64,000 nt of DNA from Candidatus Omnitrophota bacterium (GCA_023247255.1 JAHFGV010000009.1:2773-66772); one strand, 5' to 3'. Positions 29,698 to 39,750 are shown, numbered from the stretch's first letter. Numbers and translations: made by a program. The notes: generated by a model not told the origin, from the letters alone.

Positions 29698-31128
29698 CGT
29701 GTCTCCTCTGCCTTGTCTGCTCTCCCACGTTTCAAGCGTAAGGTTGTCATGGGGCTGAGCTTATTGCTCATCATCGGTTACGTGGCTAAGCTCGTCGATA
29801 CGCGCTATCCCTGGCTGTGGGCTTACCTGCTGGATCAGATCAGACCTCAGACGGTGCAAGCATCCGCAGGCCCGACCCACGTCCTGTTCACTTTCGTCGA
29901 CCATTTTGAACCGCACGACCAAGCGACCATGGATCGGTGGATGAGCGCTTATCCCCAGATGGCTGCGCGCCATCGCGATGCCGATGGACGTTTTCCGCAA
30001 CACTCGTGGTTTTGGCATTTCAGCTATGCCGATGGATTCGAGACCTTGTCGTACCTGAAGCAGCTGGCCGAGCTTTCTTATCAAGGATTCGGAGAGGTGG
30101 AGCTGCACCTGCACCATGGGCCCGATTCCGAAGAGAGCTTTTTAGAGCTCATGCGCAAGCGCCTGCAACTTTCACGATGGACGGGTTCGATGGTGACGGC
30201 CGAGACAAGGCCACAGACGCATTTTGGATTCATTCACGGATTATGGGCGCTGGACAATTCACGCGGGGGTAAGACCTGCGGTGTCAATAATGAGTTGACG
30301 CTGCTGGCACGTTTAGGCTGCTATGCGGATTTTACGCACCCCTCATGGGGGCCTATGCATCCGCGGATGGTCAATCGGCTTTACTACGCGACGGACGATC
30401 CGATGCGTCCTAAGTCCTATGACCGAGGTCCGGTCATGCAGGTGGGACGCTTACCTATCGGGGACCTGCTCATTTTCGAAGGGCCCAGTGTGGTGCGCTT
30501 GCGCGGTATCAAACCCGTCTATGACCATGGGGATGTGACGCAGGTAGATCTTCCGACCTCCGAGCGCGTCGATGCCTGGGTGCGAACCGGTATTCACGTC
30601 GAGGGACGTCCCGAGTGGGTTTTTATCAAAGTCTACACGCATGGGGCCATTGCGCGAGACCATGAGGCAGTCCTAGGACGCTGGAGCGACCGGATGCATG
30701 AATACCTGGAAGGTCATTACAACGATGGTGAGCGTTACGTCCTGCACTACGTCACGGCCCGCGAGGCCTACAACATCGCCAAGGCTGCGGAGGTGGGTAA
30801 ATCTGGGGATCCCAATGCGTTCCGTGATTTCGTTATCCCTCCCTACGCGAACCGGACCCTCATAGCCTCCGTACCCTATGAGCTCATCAGCGCTGACGAA
30901 GAGAAGTTGTGGGTGCGGTTGCTGACGCCACCCAGCAGTCGTGTAAGTATGCGATTGCATGCGCGCGTCGTTGACGTTTCTGGCGATGCGTCTGACATCG
31001 TGATTGAGCCCACGGATGAAGATACAGGGCTTACTCTCGCCACGACAGGAGAAGGAATCGTAACGTTTGAGTATGAGAGAAGAGGTATCAATCAGCAAGT
31101 AGCACATAGAGCAGATGGTACAAGATGA
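29635..31128 (+). CDS. Membrane-anchored hypothetical protein (DHFEP/HLHH motifs), possible glycan-modifying metalloenzyme
   Basis: 497 aa, one TM helix, VDHFEP, EVELHLHH, FIHGLWALDN. Confidence 0.65.
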   Translation: MADRKPKTASQPRRHVGTDARRVSSALSALPRFKRKVVMGLSLLLIIGYVAKLVDTRYPWLWAYLLDQIRPQTVQASAGPTHVLFTFVDHFEPHDQATMDRWMSAYPQMAARHRDADGRFPQHSWFWHFSYADGFETLSYLKQLAELSYQGFGEVELHLHHGPDSEESFLELMRKRLQLSRWTGSMVTAETRPQTHFGFIHGLWALDNSRGGKTCGVNNELTLLARLGCYADFTHPSWGPMHPRMVNRLYYATDDPMRPKSYDRGPVMQVGRLPIGDLLIFEGPSVVRLRGIKPVYDHGDVTQVDLPTSERVDAWVRTGIHVEGRPEWVFIKVYTHGAIARDHEAVLGRWSDRMHEYLEGHYNDGERYVLHYVTAREAYNIAKAAEVGKSGDPNAFRDFVIPPYANRTLIASVPYELISADEEKLWVRLLTPPSSRVSMRLHARVVDVSGDASDIVIEPTDEDTGLTLATTGEGIVTFEYERRGINQQVAHRADGTR

Positions 31129-32303
31129 ACCGAGCGACGAGCGACGAGCAACGAACCACGTCCCCCGCACCTTGCCCCATAAAGGTGGTCTACGTGATTG
31201 ACGATTTGGGCCTGGGAGGGGCGCAGAGGCAACTGACCGAGCTCGTTAGGGCGATCGACCGCAGCCGGTATCAGCCTTACGTGGTGAGTCTTTCAACCCA
31301 GCGCTTGGCTTACGCTAAGAATATTCGTGAGCTTGAGATTCCCTTGACGCTGATTGAGCATGAAGGGATATGGTCTTGGCGAACCCTTTGGCAGATCCTT
31401 CGCTTGCTGCAAAGGGTGCGGCCTACCGTCGTGCACACGTGGCTTTTCACCGCCGATCTCTATGGACGCCTGGCGGCTTGGCTGACGCGCGTGCCGGTGA
31501 TCGTCAGTGCCGTCCGCAGCGTGGATCCTTGGAAGCCGAGACATTACATTTTTGCGGATCGGCTCTTGTGCAATGTGACGAGCGCTTTTACTGTCAATGC
31601 GCAGGCTATCGGCGAGGTGCTTCGTAAGCGAGAGGGCGTTGAGCCCTCCAAACTCCATACGATCTATAACGGGGTGGATCTTTCGGCGTTCGATCCTTCG
31701 ATTCAGGATGGAGCGCTCCGGCGTCATCTTGGACTGGATAGAGTCGTTCGGCTTGTGGGTATCGTCGGACGTCTGGCTCCGGAGAAGGATCATCAGACGT
31801 TTCTGCACTCCGCAAGGTTGGTGGTAGAGCGTCATCCGGATGTTCGTTTCCTCATCGTCGGCAATGGTCCGCTGCGATCCGAGCTCGATGCGATGATCCG
31901 CAAGCTGAAACTACAGGCTCATGTCCACATGCTGGAGAGTCAGCAGCCGATCACTCCGATCTTCGCCGCCCTCGATATGGTTGTCGTCAGCTCGCGCTAC
32001 GAAGGCTGCTGCAACGTCATTCTAGAGGCTATGGCGATGGGCAAGCCCGTTATCGCCACAGACGTAGGAGGAAATCCGGAGTTGGTGAGTCACGAAGAAA
32101 CGGGATTTTTGATTCCGCCCGGGGAGCCCCAAGCGATGGCTGAGGCTATCGAGCGACTCTTGCAGCAGCGCTCTCGCGCGCAGTACTTCGGGCAGCAGGC
32201 GCGGCGTATCGTAGAGTCCCGGTTTAATCTGAAGCGCATGATCGATCAGACGATGGCTTTGTATGACGCACTGCTATGTCGTGTTGGCCCGTTAACGCGT
32301 TAG
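31125..32303 (+). CDS. Glycosyltransferase family 4
   Basis: GGAQRQL, GRLAPEKDH, EGCCNVILEAMAMG. Confidence 0.92.
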   Translation: MNRATSDEQRTTSPAPCPIKVVYVIDDLGLGGAQRQLTELVRAIDRSRYQPYVVSLSTQRLAYAKNIRELEIPLTLIEHEGIWSWRTLWQILRLLQRVRPTVVHTWLFTADLYGRLAAWLTRVPVIVSAVRSVDPWKPRHYIFADRLLCNVTSAFTVNAQAIGEVLRKREGVEPSKLHTIYNGVDLSAFDPSIQDGALRRHLGLDRVVRLVGIVGRLAPEKDHQTFLHSARLVVERHPDVRFLIVGNGPLRSELDAMIRKLKLQAHVHMLESQQPITPIFAALDMVVVSSRYEGCCNVILEAMAMGKPVIATDVGGNPELVSHEETGFLIPPGEPQAMAEAIERLLQQRSRAQYFGQQARRIVESRFNLKRMIDQTMALYDALLCRVGPLTR

Positions 32304-32377
32304 CGCATTTTCGCGTTCAACTTGAACAAACCCAACCCGCGAGTTCACCAACGCGCCAACGGGCAAACTCGCTAACC
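32283..32377. repeat. Inverted octamer array (GTTAGCGS family)
   Basis: GTTGGCCC GTTAACGC GTTAGCGC ... CCAACGCG CCAACGGG CAAACTCG CTAAC; supplies the TAG stop. Confidence 0.8.
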
Positions 32378-32432
32378 AGCGGGTGGTTTTCAACGGAGGA
32401 ATGAAGTACTGATTAAACGAGTGAGGTGAGTG

Positions 32433-34730
32433 ATGCAACGATATGTGCCGACGATTCTCGTCTTGGTGATAGGTATGAGTTTGGGGTATGGCGTCGCAGC
32501 ATCGGGAGGGCCTGTGCAGGCGTTGCTTCGTCCCATGAAGGCCCTTTCGCATTTGATATCAAGCCCCGGTGATGCGTTGAAGGAGGGGTTAAAACCGCAA
32601 CCCCCATCCTCTTCTGCTTCTGCGAAAAACGCGGTCTTCTGGTTAAGCAGTTTTGAGTCTTCGGAAGAGATCGATAGACGTTGGAAGACTCGCAGTGTCG
32701 TAGCCAAGGTAGATAAACTCCATGCCAGCCATGGACTCTCCGCCGCGCGGTTGACCTATCAGATGGCTACGGCTCCCGCTTTTATGATGGAGAACTACCT
32801 GGATAGTGGACACGGCGATTGGCGGGGCTATGAAGCCCTGGAGTTTGATCTCACCAACGCAAATCCCAGCCAGGAGCGGATGATCCTAAAACTGAAAGAT
32901 CAGGATGGCCGCGGCTACAGCGAGGATATCTTCGTCAATTCAGGCGCATCGCAACATATCCGCGTGCGTCTGGAAGACGTTCAGGGTTACCTCGATCTTT
33001 CGCACGTCATCCAACTCAACCTGTTTCGATGGAAACCGCGCAAGGAGGCGACGTTTTATCTGGATGCCGTGTGCCTGACTCCCGCTGCACAGAGAATACC
33101 CGAATCGGATACGACGGGCTCATCGGGTTCATCAGTGATTCCCGTCTCTGCGGCTGTGACTCCGCAGGAGTCTTGGCAAGTGAAGTGGGTTTCGGGTCTG
33201 ACGAAGGTGTTTCGCGATCCCGCGCTTTTGGAGCAGGCGGCAACACCACCTCTTCGTCTAGCGCTCTCCAAGGGGGAATACGAGAGTGTACAAATCCTTG
33301 TCATTGGAGGAGAGCAGCCCGTTCAAGTGAAAGTTTCCGTTGGGCCACTCACGCATAGCGATGGACAGACCCAGTTTCCCAATGGCGTCGTCGAGATCCG
33401 TCGAGTCGATTACGTAACGACGAAGCAGCCTTACTATCCCGTAACCTTCGTCGGGGATTGGCCGGATCCCTTGCCGAGTGCGGATACGATCGACGTCCCC
33501 GCCGGTCAGGTTCAGCCTATCTGGATCACGGTGGGTGCGCCGACGCACCTTGTGGCCGGTCAATACAACGCGACCATCACCCTCCGCGGTTCGGATGGCC
33601 GTATCGAGCAAATGGAGCTGATCGTCACGCTATGGGACTTCACCCTTCCCCGGACAGCAAGTCTTAAGACAGCTTTTGATTTCTATCCCTCGCGACTCAG
33701 AAAGACCTATCAGGAGTTCGTTCTAGGCGGATCCGTTTGGGAGACTCGCTTAGAAGAATTGCAGCGGCTCTATTACTTGGATATGCTTAAGCACCGCGTT
33801 TCTCCCATTCTGCAAGCGGATCCTTCCAATGCTCGGTTCCAGCAAGAGATTGCCGAATATCTTAACCGTGGACTGAGCGCATTAGGAATTGGCTCCAGAG
33901 GAGGCAGCAACGGCAACAATTGGCCGAAGGATCCTGGGCAACTGGAGCAGGTCATGAGCTGGTATCGCAAGGCGGCTGAGTCCTTGCGTTTTCAACAGCT
34001 ATTGGATTTAGCCTACGTCTATACCTATGATGAGCCTCAGCCCGGAGATCCGAAGGTTGCGCGGGTGATGGCAGCGATTCACCAAGTCGATCCGGCGCTT
34101 AAGAATCTTCTGGTGATGCACTATGCCCCGGATCCTGTGCAGCATGCGGATTGGCTTAAGGATGCCGACATCATTTGCTTGCGTATCGCAAGCTTTGATC
34201 CTGCACAGGCACAGCAGCTCAAAGGGATGGGTAAGGAAGTGTGGATGTACGTCTCATCACCGGCGCATCCTTTTCCGGCGCTTGTCATTGATTATCCGGC
34301 CATCGCCCATCGTATTCTGCCGTGGATGGCCTGGAAGTATGGGGCGACAGGACTGCTCTATTGGTGCGTCGACTTCTGGAACGGAGATCCTTGGCAGGAT
34401 CCGGCAAACTTCAGCAAAGATCAGAACGGAAACGGTGCCTTGTACTACCCCAGCGCCGAAGGGCCGGTACCTTCGATCCGCATGGAGGCTTTGAGGGATG
34501 GCATTGAAGACTATGAATATCTCACTCTCTTGAATACGCTCTTAGAAAGTGCGAAAGGCATGGAGGATTCTGATCCGACTCTATTCGAGCAGGGACGCAA
34601 GCTCGTAGGCGTTGGATCGGATATCGTGGATTCCCTGCGCAGCTACAGCAAGGATCCCGAAAGGCTGTTGGCTTATCGAAAGGCCGTTGCCGAGACGATT
34701 GAGAAACTACAAAGAGTGTTAGCCCGTTAG
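32433..34730 (+). CDS. Exported glycoside hydrolase-like protein (DUF4091/GH123-like) with N-terminal CBM-like domain
   Basis: Signal peptide, GEYESVQ, WPDPL, YDEP, GLLYW, PSIRMEALRDGIEDYEYL. Confidence 0.78.
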   Translation: MQRYVPTILVLVIGMSLGYGVAASGGPVQALLRPMKALSHLISSPGDALKEGLKPQPPSSSASAKNAVFWLSSFESSEEIDRRWKTRSVVAKVDKLHASHGLSAARLTYQMATAPAFMMENYLDSGHGDWRGYEALEFDLTNANPSQERMILKLKDQDGRGYSEDIFVNSGASQHIRVRLEDVQGYLDLSHVIQLNLFRWKPRKEATFYLDAVCLTPAAQRIPESDTTGSSGSSVIPVSAAVTPQESWQVKWVSGLTKVFRDPALLEQAATPPLRLALSKGEYESVQILVIGGEQPVQVKVSVGPLTHSDGQTQFPNGVVEIRRVDYVTTKQPYYPVTFVGDWPDPLPSADTIDVPAGQVQPIWITVGAPTHLVAGQYNATITLRGSDGRIEQMELIVTLWDFTLPRTASLKTAFDFYPSRLRKTYQEFVLGGSVWETRLEELQRLYYLDMLKHRVSPILQADPSNARFQQEIAEYLNRGLSALGIGSRGGSNGNNWPKDPGQLEQVMSWYRKAAESLRFQQLLDLAYVYTYDEPQPGDPKVARVMAAIHQVDPALKNLLVMHYAPDPVQHADWLKDADIICLRIASFDPAQAQQLKGMGKEVWMYVSSPAHPFPALVIDYPAIAHRILPWMAWKYGATGLLYWCVDFWNGDPWQDPANFSKDQNGNGALYYPSAEGPVPSIRMEALRDGIEDYEYLTLLNTLLESAKGMEDSDPTLFEQGRKLVGVGSDIVDSLRSYSKDPERLLAYRKAVAETIEKLQRVLAR

Positions 34731-34788
34731 CGCGTTTGCGAATTGGCGGGTTTGCGGGTTTAGGATTTTAACGCACCAACGCGCTAGC
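34712..34788. repeat. Octamer hairpin element
   Basis: 34750-34772 matches the reverse complement of 36561-36583 at 22/23 nt. Confidence 0.85.
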
Positions 34789-34790
34789 CA

Positions 34791-35648
34791 ATGATAATGA
34801 AACTATTCCTCTTCACAACTGACAACGCTTTTGCCTTGCGCGCACAGGAAGCGGGGGTCGACAGCGTGATCGTCGACTGGGAGTCGAGGGGTAAGAGGCA
34901 AAGGCAGAGCCGGTATCCTCTCGAGGTCAACCAGGATACTCCGGAAGATGTCTCGCGTCTGGCGCAGCGGCTGACGATTCCGGTGACGGTTCGCGTCAAC
35001 GGTTTCGGGCTACACACGGCGGATGAGATTGAATGTGCCTTGGATCACGGAGCGCGCATTCTGATGCTGCCCATGGCGCAGCAGCCCGATGAGGTTGAGG
35101 GATTCCTGAAACAGGTCCGCCATCGGGTGAAAACGATCGTTCAGATTGAAACGCAGGCTTTGGTTGAACAGGCCTGCGCGCTTCGAGATTTTGCGTGGGA
35201 TTACGCTTATATCGGGCTGAACGATCTCATGGTATCCCGCGGGGGTTGGTTCCTGTGGGATGCTGTACTTGATGGGACGGTGGAGCGGCTTTTTCAAGCC
35301 CTCGCTGACCGCGCCGTCGGATTGGGTGGGGTAACCGTGGTGGGGGGAGGACTTCCTGTCCGGTTCGCTCTGCTCCTGCATGAAATGGTCCGACTCGGTT
35401 GCCAATTGAGTTTCTTGCGGCGTACGTTCAAAAAGGAACTCATGGATCGCGATTTCAACGCGGAGATTCGGGCCGTTCGGGGCTTTTGCGAAGCCAGTGC
35501 TCATCGAGGAGAGCAGGCAATTATCTGGGATCATCAAAGATTCGTGGAGGAGCTATTAACCCTGCGAAGGAATAATGACTTTGCTCGTCATGTACAGCAC
35601 TCACAAGCCGAGTGGGGAACACCTCTGTCGGTTGAAGGCGTTACGTGA
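34791..35648 (+). CDS. HpcH/HpaI aldolase / citrate lyase-like protein
   Basis: VIVDWE, VRVN, ILMLPM, IET, YIGLNDL. Confidence 0.75.
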   Translation: MIMKLFLFTTDNAFALRAQEAGVDSVIVDWESRGKRQRQSRYPLEVNQDTPEDVSRLAQRLTIPVTVRVNGFGLHTADEIECALDHGARILMLPMAQQPDEVEGFLKQVRHRVKTIVQIETQALVEQACALRDFAWDYAYIGLNDLMVSRGGWFLWDAVLDGTVERLFQALADRAVGLGGVTVVGGGLPVRFALLLHEMVRLGCQLSFLRRTFKKELMDRDFNAEIRAVRGFCEASAHRGEQAIIWDHQRFVEELLTLRRNNDFARHVQHSQAEWGTPLSVEGVT

Positions 35649-36525
35649 TTCTTTAAAAGTCATCGTCGCCACTACCGAAGAAGAGGCAAAGGCCATGGCC
35701 CCTGAGGTTGAGATTATCTTGGGGCATCGATATCTGCGTCAGTGTCTTGCGGTTGCCAGACGGTTGCGTTGGGTTCAAAGCTCCGCCGGTGGGGTGGATC
35801 AACTTCCCTGTGAGGGGCTTGCTTCACGCGGCATTCTGTTGACGCGAACCACGTTATCGTCATCGGTGATTGCACGGCATGCCATCACTTTAGCTTGGGC
35901 CCTGACTCGGGGTTTGCCACAGGCTTTTAAACTTCAAGCCAGTAGACGATGGGATCCTGCGGGAGTGTCTTTCCTGAGCATGCCGCGACAGGCTTTGGTT
36001 CTCGGAATGGGGTGTATCGGACGCACCCTTGCCGCTCAGCTACGCTCCGAGGGATTGCGTGTGATTGGGGTCAAACGCACCCTCGATGAAAGTGTCAGGG
36101 CTTGGTGTGATGATTTGCGCGATACACAAACATGGCAGAGCGCTTTGCCAGAAGTGGACTGGTGTTTCGTAGCTTTGCCTCTGACGGAAACTACCCGACA
36201 TTTCGTCGACGAGACCGTCATGCGTGCGCTACCCGCTCACGCGGTTTTGGTAAATGTGGGGCGCGGAGAGGTTCTGGATACCGAGGCACTCATCCGTGTC
36301 CTCAACGATGGCCATTTGGGAGGTGTTGCTCTGGATGTGGTGGAGAAACAGCCCTTGCACTCCGACGATTCTCTCTGGCAAGCGCCGCGTCTGTTGATCA
36401 CTCCCTATGTGGCTGCGCACGAACCGAATCGCGCTGCAGCGCTGGAGCGTTTCTTTGAATCTCAGGTTCAGCGCTATCTGGATGGTGAACCGTTAGAAGA
36501 TGTGGTTGTGTTCGATAAGCAATGA
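35575..36525 (+). CDS. D-2-hydroxyacid dehydrogenase family protein
   Basis: GMGCIG, LPLTETT, NVGRG, ALDV, ITPYVA (Tyr at the usual catalytic His position). Confidence 0.85.
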   Translation: MTLLVMYSTHKPSGEHLCRLKALRDSLKVIVATTEEEAKAMAPEVEIILGHRYLRQCLAVARRLRWVQSSAGGVDQLPCEGLASRGILLTRTTLSSSVIARHAITLAWALTRGLPQAFKLQASRRWDPAGVSFLSMPRQALVLGMGCIGRTLAAQLRSEGLRVIGVKRTLDESVRAWCDDLRDTQTWQSALPEVDWCFVALPLTETTRHFVDETVMRALPAHAVLVNVGRGEVLDTEALIRVLNDGHLGGVALDVVEKQPLHSDDSLWQAPRLLITPYVAAHEPNRAAALERFFESQVQRYLDGEPLEDVVVFDKQ

Positions 36526-36544
36526 GTGACAAGGGATAAATTAG

Positions 36545-36591
36545 GTTTGCGCGTTAGCCCGTTAAAATCTTAAACCCGCAAACGCGCTAAC
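36545..36591. repeat. Octamer hairpin element, inverted partner of 34712-34788
   Basis: GTTTGCGCGTTAGCCCGTTAAAATCTTAAACCCGCAAACGCGCTAAC. Confidence 0.85.
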
Positions 36592-36637
36592 TTTTTTGGT
36601 TCTTCCGGCTTTGCAGTGGTTAAAAGGAACAATACTT

Positions 36638-36853
36638 CCCTCTCCCCAAAGGGGAGAGGGATCGGGTGAGGGGAAGATACTCAGGAGAGCGGAGAATAGG
36701 TTGCATTACCGCCATGCCGATTCGACGCTGCACTCAGCGCAAGGGGCAACCTTTCATTTGCTGCGCTCAGTATGAGTGAAGCCGATCCGATTGGCACATT
36801 TCCCTCCACCAACCCCCCCTCGCCCTAACCCTCTCCCTTTTCAGGGAGAGGGG
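36638..36853. repeat. Inverted pair of CCCTCTCCC...GGGAGAGGG REP-like palindromes
   Basis: CCCTCTCCCCAAAGGGGAGAGGGATCGGGTGAGGGG (36638-36673) and CCCCTCGCCCTAACCCTCTCCCTTTTCAGGGAGAGGGG (36816-36853). Confidence 0.85.
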
Positions 36854-36903
36854 AAAGAATGCCCATGGTAATCCCGGAAGCGCCAGCTTTTTAAGGTATC
36901 CTC

Positions 36904-37692
36904 ATGAGAATTGTGGCACTGACGTTTCATGATGTGGTGACGAAGGAAGAGAGCGCTTCTTCTCAGGCCGACGTGTTCTACCGCATCACCACCGGTGAGT
37001 TGGAAACCGTGCTCTCTCAACTACGTCGACTCGGCTATCAAGCTGCCAATTCAAAAGAATTCCGGGTTTGGCAAGAGGCAAGATCCAATCTTTCTAAGAG
37101 GGTTGTGGTGCTGACATTCGACGATGGATATGCCAGCCATTTTGAATCCGTTGCCCCCTTGCTTTTGCGCTATCGCTTCAGTGGGACATTTTTTGTTCCC
37201 GCGGCCTTGGTTGGACGATCGGGTTATATGAGTTGGGACCAATTGCGCAAACTGGTTTTCCTGGGTATGGAAATCGGATCGCACGGGCTCTCCCACAGGC
37301 CCTTTACGCAGCTATCTCGCCAGCAACTCGACCTGGAACTGACAGGGTCCAAGCGCTTGTTGGAAGATAATCTCGGAATACCCATCCGCGCCATCGCTGC
37401 TCCAGGAGGGTTTTGGAGCGCCTCTGTGGCCGAGGCTGTTCGACGTGCCGGTTATGAGGCGGCTTGGGTTTCAACGATTGGCACCAACGGCCCTCAGACA
37501 AACCCCCTAGCCTTGCGCCGGGTTGTGGTGCGTCGGCCATTCTCTGCCGAGCGTATTGTATCGATGGTCGAAGGTTGGCAACCCGCATTCTGGTGGGCGT
37601 CGAGCCAGCAGCATACGATTCAATTGCTCAAGCGTCTATTAGGAGTCTACCGGTATGAGCAGCTCAAACGTCGACTCGTGCCGAATGCGTAA
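36904..37692 (+). CDS. Polysaccharide deacetylase (CE4)
   Basis: LTFDDGY, EIGSHGLSH. Confidence 0.9.
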   Translation: MRIVALTFHDVVTKEESASSQADVFYRITTGELETVLSQLRRLGYQAANSKEFRVWQEARSNLSKRVVVLTFDDGYASHFESVAPLLLRYRFSGTFFVPAALVGRSGYMSWDQLRKLVFLGMEIGSHGLSHRPFTQLSRQQLDLELTGSKRLLEDNLGIPIRAIAAPGGFWSASVAEAVRRAGYEAAWVSTIGTNGPQTNPLALRRVVVRRPFSAERIVSMVEGWQPAFWWASSQQHTIQLLKRLLGVYRYEQLKRRLVPNA

Positions 37693-37744
37693 GAGTGTTA
37701 GCACGTTTTCGCGCTAACGGACTAACGGGGCAAACACGCTAACA
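37691..37744. repeat. Short octamer hairpin element
   Basis: AAGAGTGTTAGC is identical to 34712-34723; ends GCTAACA. Confidence 0.75.
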
Positions 37745-37753
37745 TTAGGTACC

Positions 37754-38881
37754 ATGACTCTCATCTTCTGGGTTTCACTGACGGTACTGATCTACATCTA
37801 CATCGGCTACCCGCTTTTGGTGTGGATCTGCGCGCGTGTGTGGGGGCGTTTGCCGCAGCGATCATCCATTCTGCCATTGGTATCTCTGGTGATTCCAGCC
37901 TATAACGAAGCCCTGTATATCGAGGGGAAGTTGCGTAATAGTTTAAATCTTGACTATCCGAAGGATCGTTTGGAGGTTGTCGTGGCCTCTGATGGATCGA
38001 CGGATGAGACGGAAGCGATCGTCAAGCGATTTCGTCCTTTTGGCGTGCGGTTGGTATCGATGGTGCAGAACATTGGGAAATCTGCCATGCTCAATCGAGT
38101 GATGGGTTTCTTGAGTGGAGAAATCGTCGTTTTCTCCGATGCTTCCACTGAGCTCGCTGCGAATGCCATCCGTTTTTTGATGCGTTCTTTCGCAGACCCT
38201 AAAGTAGGTTGCGTCTCAGGGAAATATCATCTCAAGCAAGTGAAAGACCTGCGTTCACAGGGGGAAGGGTTGTATTGGCGCTACGAAACGTTCATCAAGG
38301 AACAGGAGAGTCGACTCCATTCGATTCTAGGTGCCCATGGAGCCTGTTATGCTATCCGCAAGCGACTGTTTCAACCTTTGGAGAACGCTTCAATCAACGA
38401 CGATTACCTCATTCCCATGCGAATTGTGGCCCAGGGATACCGAGCCGTGTATGAGCCCGAGGCCATGGCGTGGGAAGAAGAGTCGACTTCAATGGAAGGA
38501 GAGTTTTCCCGACGTCGACGCATCGCTGCCGGGAACTGTCAACAGATTGTCGCTTTGCGCTCCCTTTTGTCACTCCGACACGGGTGGGTGGTTTTTTGTT
38601 TCTTCTCCCACAAAGTCCTGAGGTCCTTTGCTCCAGTGTTTCTGGGTATTCTTATCCTATCGAGCTTCGGATTACCAAATCCCTGGCGGTTTCTGTCCCT
38701 TGCTTTTCAGTCCCTATTCTATGCGAGCGCATGGGTGGGGTATTACTGTCAAAAACGGGGTTATCCGGTTAAGTGGTTATCGCCATCACTGTATTTTTGT
38801 CTGGGTAATTTAGCTACTCTGGCCGGTTTGATACGATATTTCTTAGGTAGAAAAAGATTAATCTGGGAAAGGGCGCGTTAA
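37754..38881 (+). CDS. Membrane GT2 glycosyltransferase
   Basis: IPAYNE, SDGSTD, FSDA, DD, RRRRIAAG, terminal TM helices. Confidence 0.9.
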   Translation: MTLIFWVSLTVLIYIYIGYPLLVWICARVWGRLPQRSSILPLVSLVIPAYNEALYIEGKLRNSLNLDYPKDRLEVVVASDGSTDETEAIVKRFRPFGVRLVSMVQNIGKSAMLNRVMGFLSGEIVVFSDASTELAANAIRFLMRSFADPKVGCVSGKYHLKQVKDLRSQGEGLYWRYETFIKEQESRLHSILGAHGACYAIRKRLFQPLENASINDDYLIPMRIVAQGYRAVYEPEAMAWEEESTSMEGEFSRRRRIAAGNCQQIVALRSLLSLRHGWVVFCFFSHKVLRSFAPVFLGILILSSFGLPNPWRFLSLAFQSLFYASAWVGYYCQKRGYPVKWLSPSLYFCLGNLATLAGLIRYFLGRKRLIWERAR

Positions 38882-38928
38882 TACAGAAATATGGTATGAA
38901 ACGTGCTTTATATAAATATAGGGGTTCT

Positions 38929-39750
38929 ATGACTTTATCCAAGTTCGTAAGGCATATAATCCACTTGTTTGGGACTCTTGTCACTCTAGTTCTACTGGCC
39001 ACACCGGTACAATCGGCTGTGATTGATTTTGACTTCAACACCCTTGCAGATGGGGCCAACAATGCGGCGGTCAAGGATTACATGCAGGGTGTCCTTGATG
39101 TGGAGCGACCAGGAGAGACCGTAGCAGTGCAGGGAGCTAGGGCGGAGAAAAACTACAACGGCGATCGACATGTCGTCGGCCCAGTTTCAGGGAGTGTGGT
39201 AACATCCGAAACCTTGGGTACCTCTGATCTTAACGTCCACCATGACTTACCCTTCGACGCTTTTCTCATCAATGGGGGTAGCGCAACGCAAATCACCATG
39301 ACCTTTTCTTTCCCTATTTATCTTGGGTCGTTCGACTATGAAATCTTTCCCGATGGAACCTGTCCACGAGAGACTTGTGCAGAAGCTAACTGGCCGGATT
39401 TTTCCTTTGAAGCCGATGACGTTCTGCAATTTCGTACCTTGGGGATCGTGCCGGGTACCGAAGGCACCTATGCGCATTCTCCGCGCAGCGGTCCGATTCG
39501 CAATGAACGCGCTCCTCAATTTCTTGGTATGAGTAGTTTATGGCTCTTCCCCGATGGGGTGACGAAATTGGAATTTATTGATTGGCCCAGACATATTGGC
39601 ATCGATAACCTCCATATCGATGATGATAAGGGTAGAGGGACTGAGGGACCTCCGGTTGTTCCAGAGCCGACATCGCTTTTCTTGATGACTACAGGGCTAG
39701 CGGGGTTGGCTGTCTCAGGACGTCGCTCTAAGTTACTACAAAAAACGTGA
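38929..39750 (+). CDS. PEP-CTERM protein
   Basis: Signal peptide; VPEPTSLFLMTTGLAGLAVSGRRSK; start could be 38896. Confidence 0.88.
   Translation: MTLSKFVRHIIHLFGTLVTLVLLATPVQSAVIDFDFNTLADGANNAAVKDYMQGVLDVERPGETVAVQGARAEKNYNGDRHVVGPVSGSVVTSETLGTSDLNVHHDLPFDAFLINGGSATQITMTFSFPIYLGSFDYEIFPDGTCPRETCAEANWPDFSFEADDVLQFRTLGIVPGTEGTYAHSPRSGPIRNERAPQFLGMSSLWLFPDGVTKLEFIDWPRHIGIDNLHIDDDKGRGTEGPPVVPEPTSLFLMTTGLAGLAVSGRRSKLLQKT

Noticed and set aside
36791-36807. TTGGCAC as a sigma54 promoter
   Set aside because: No GC at the -12 position
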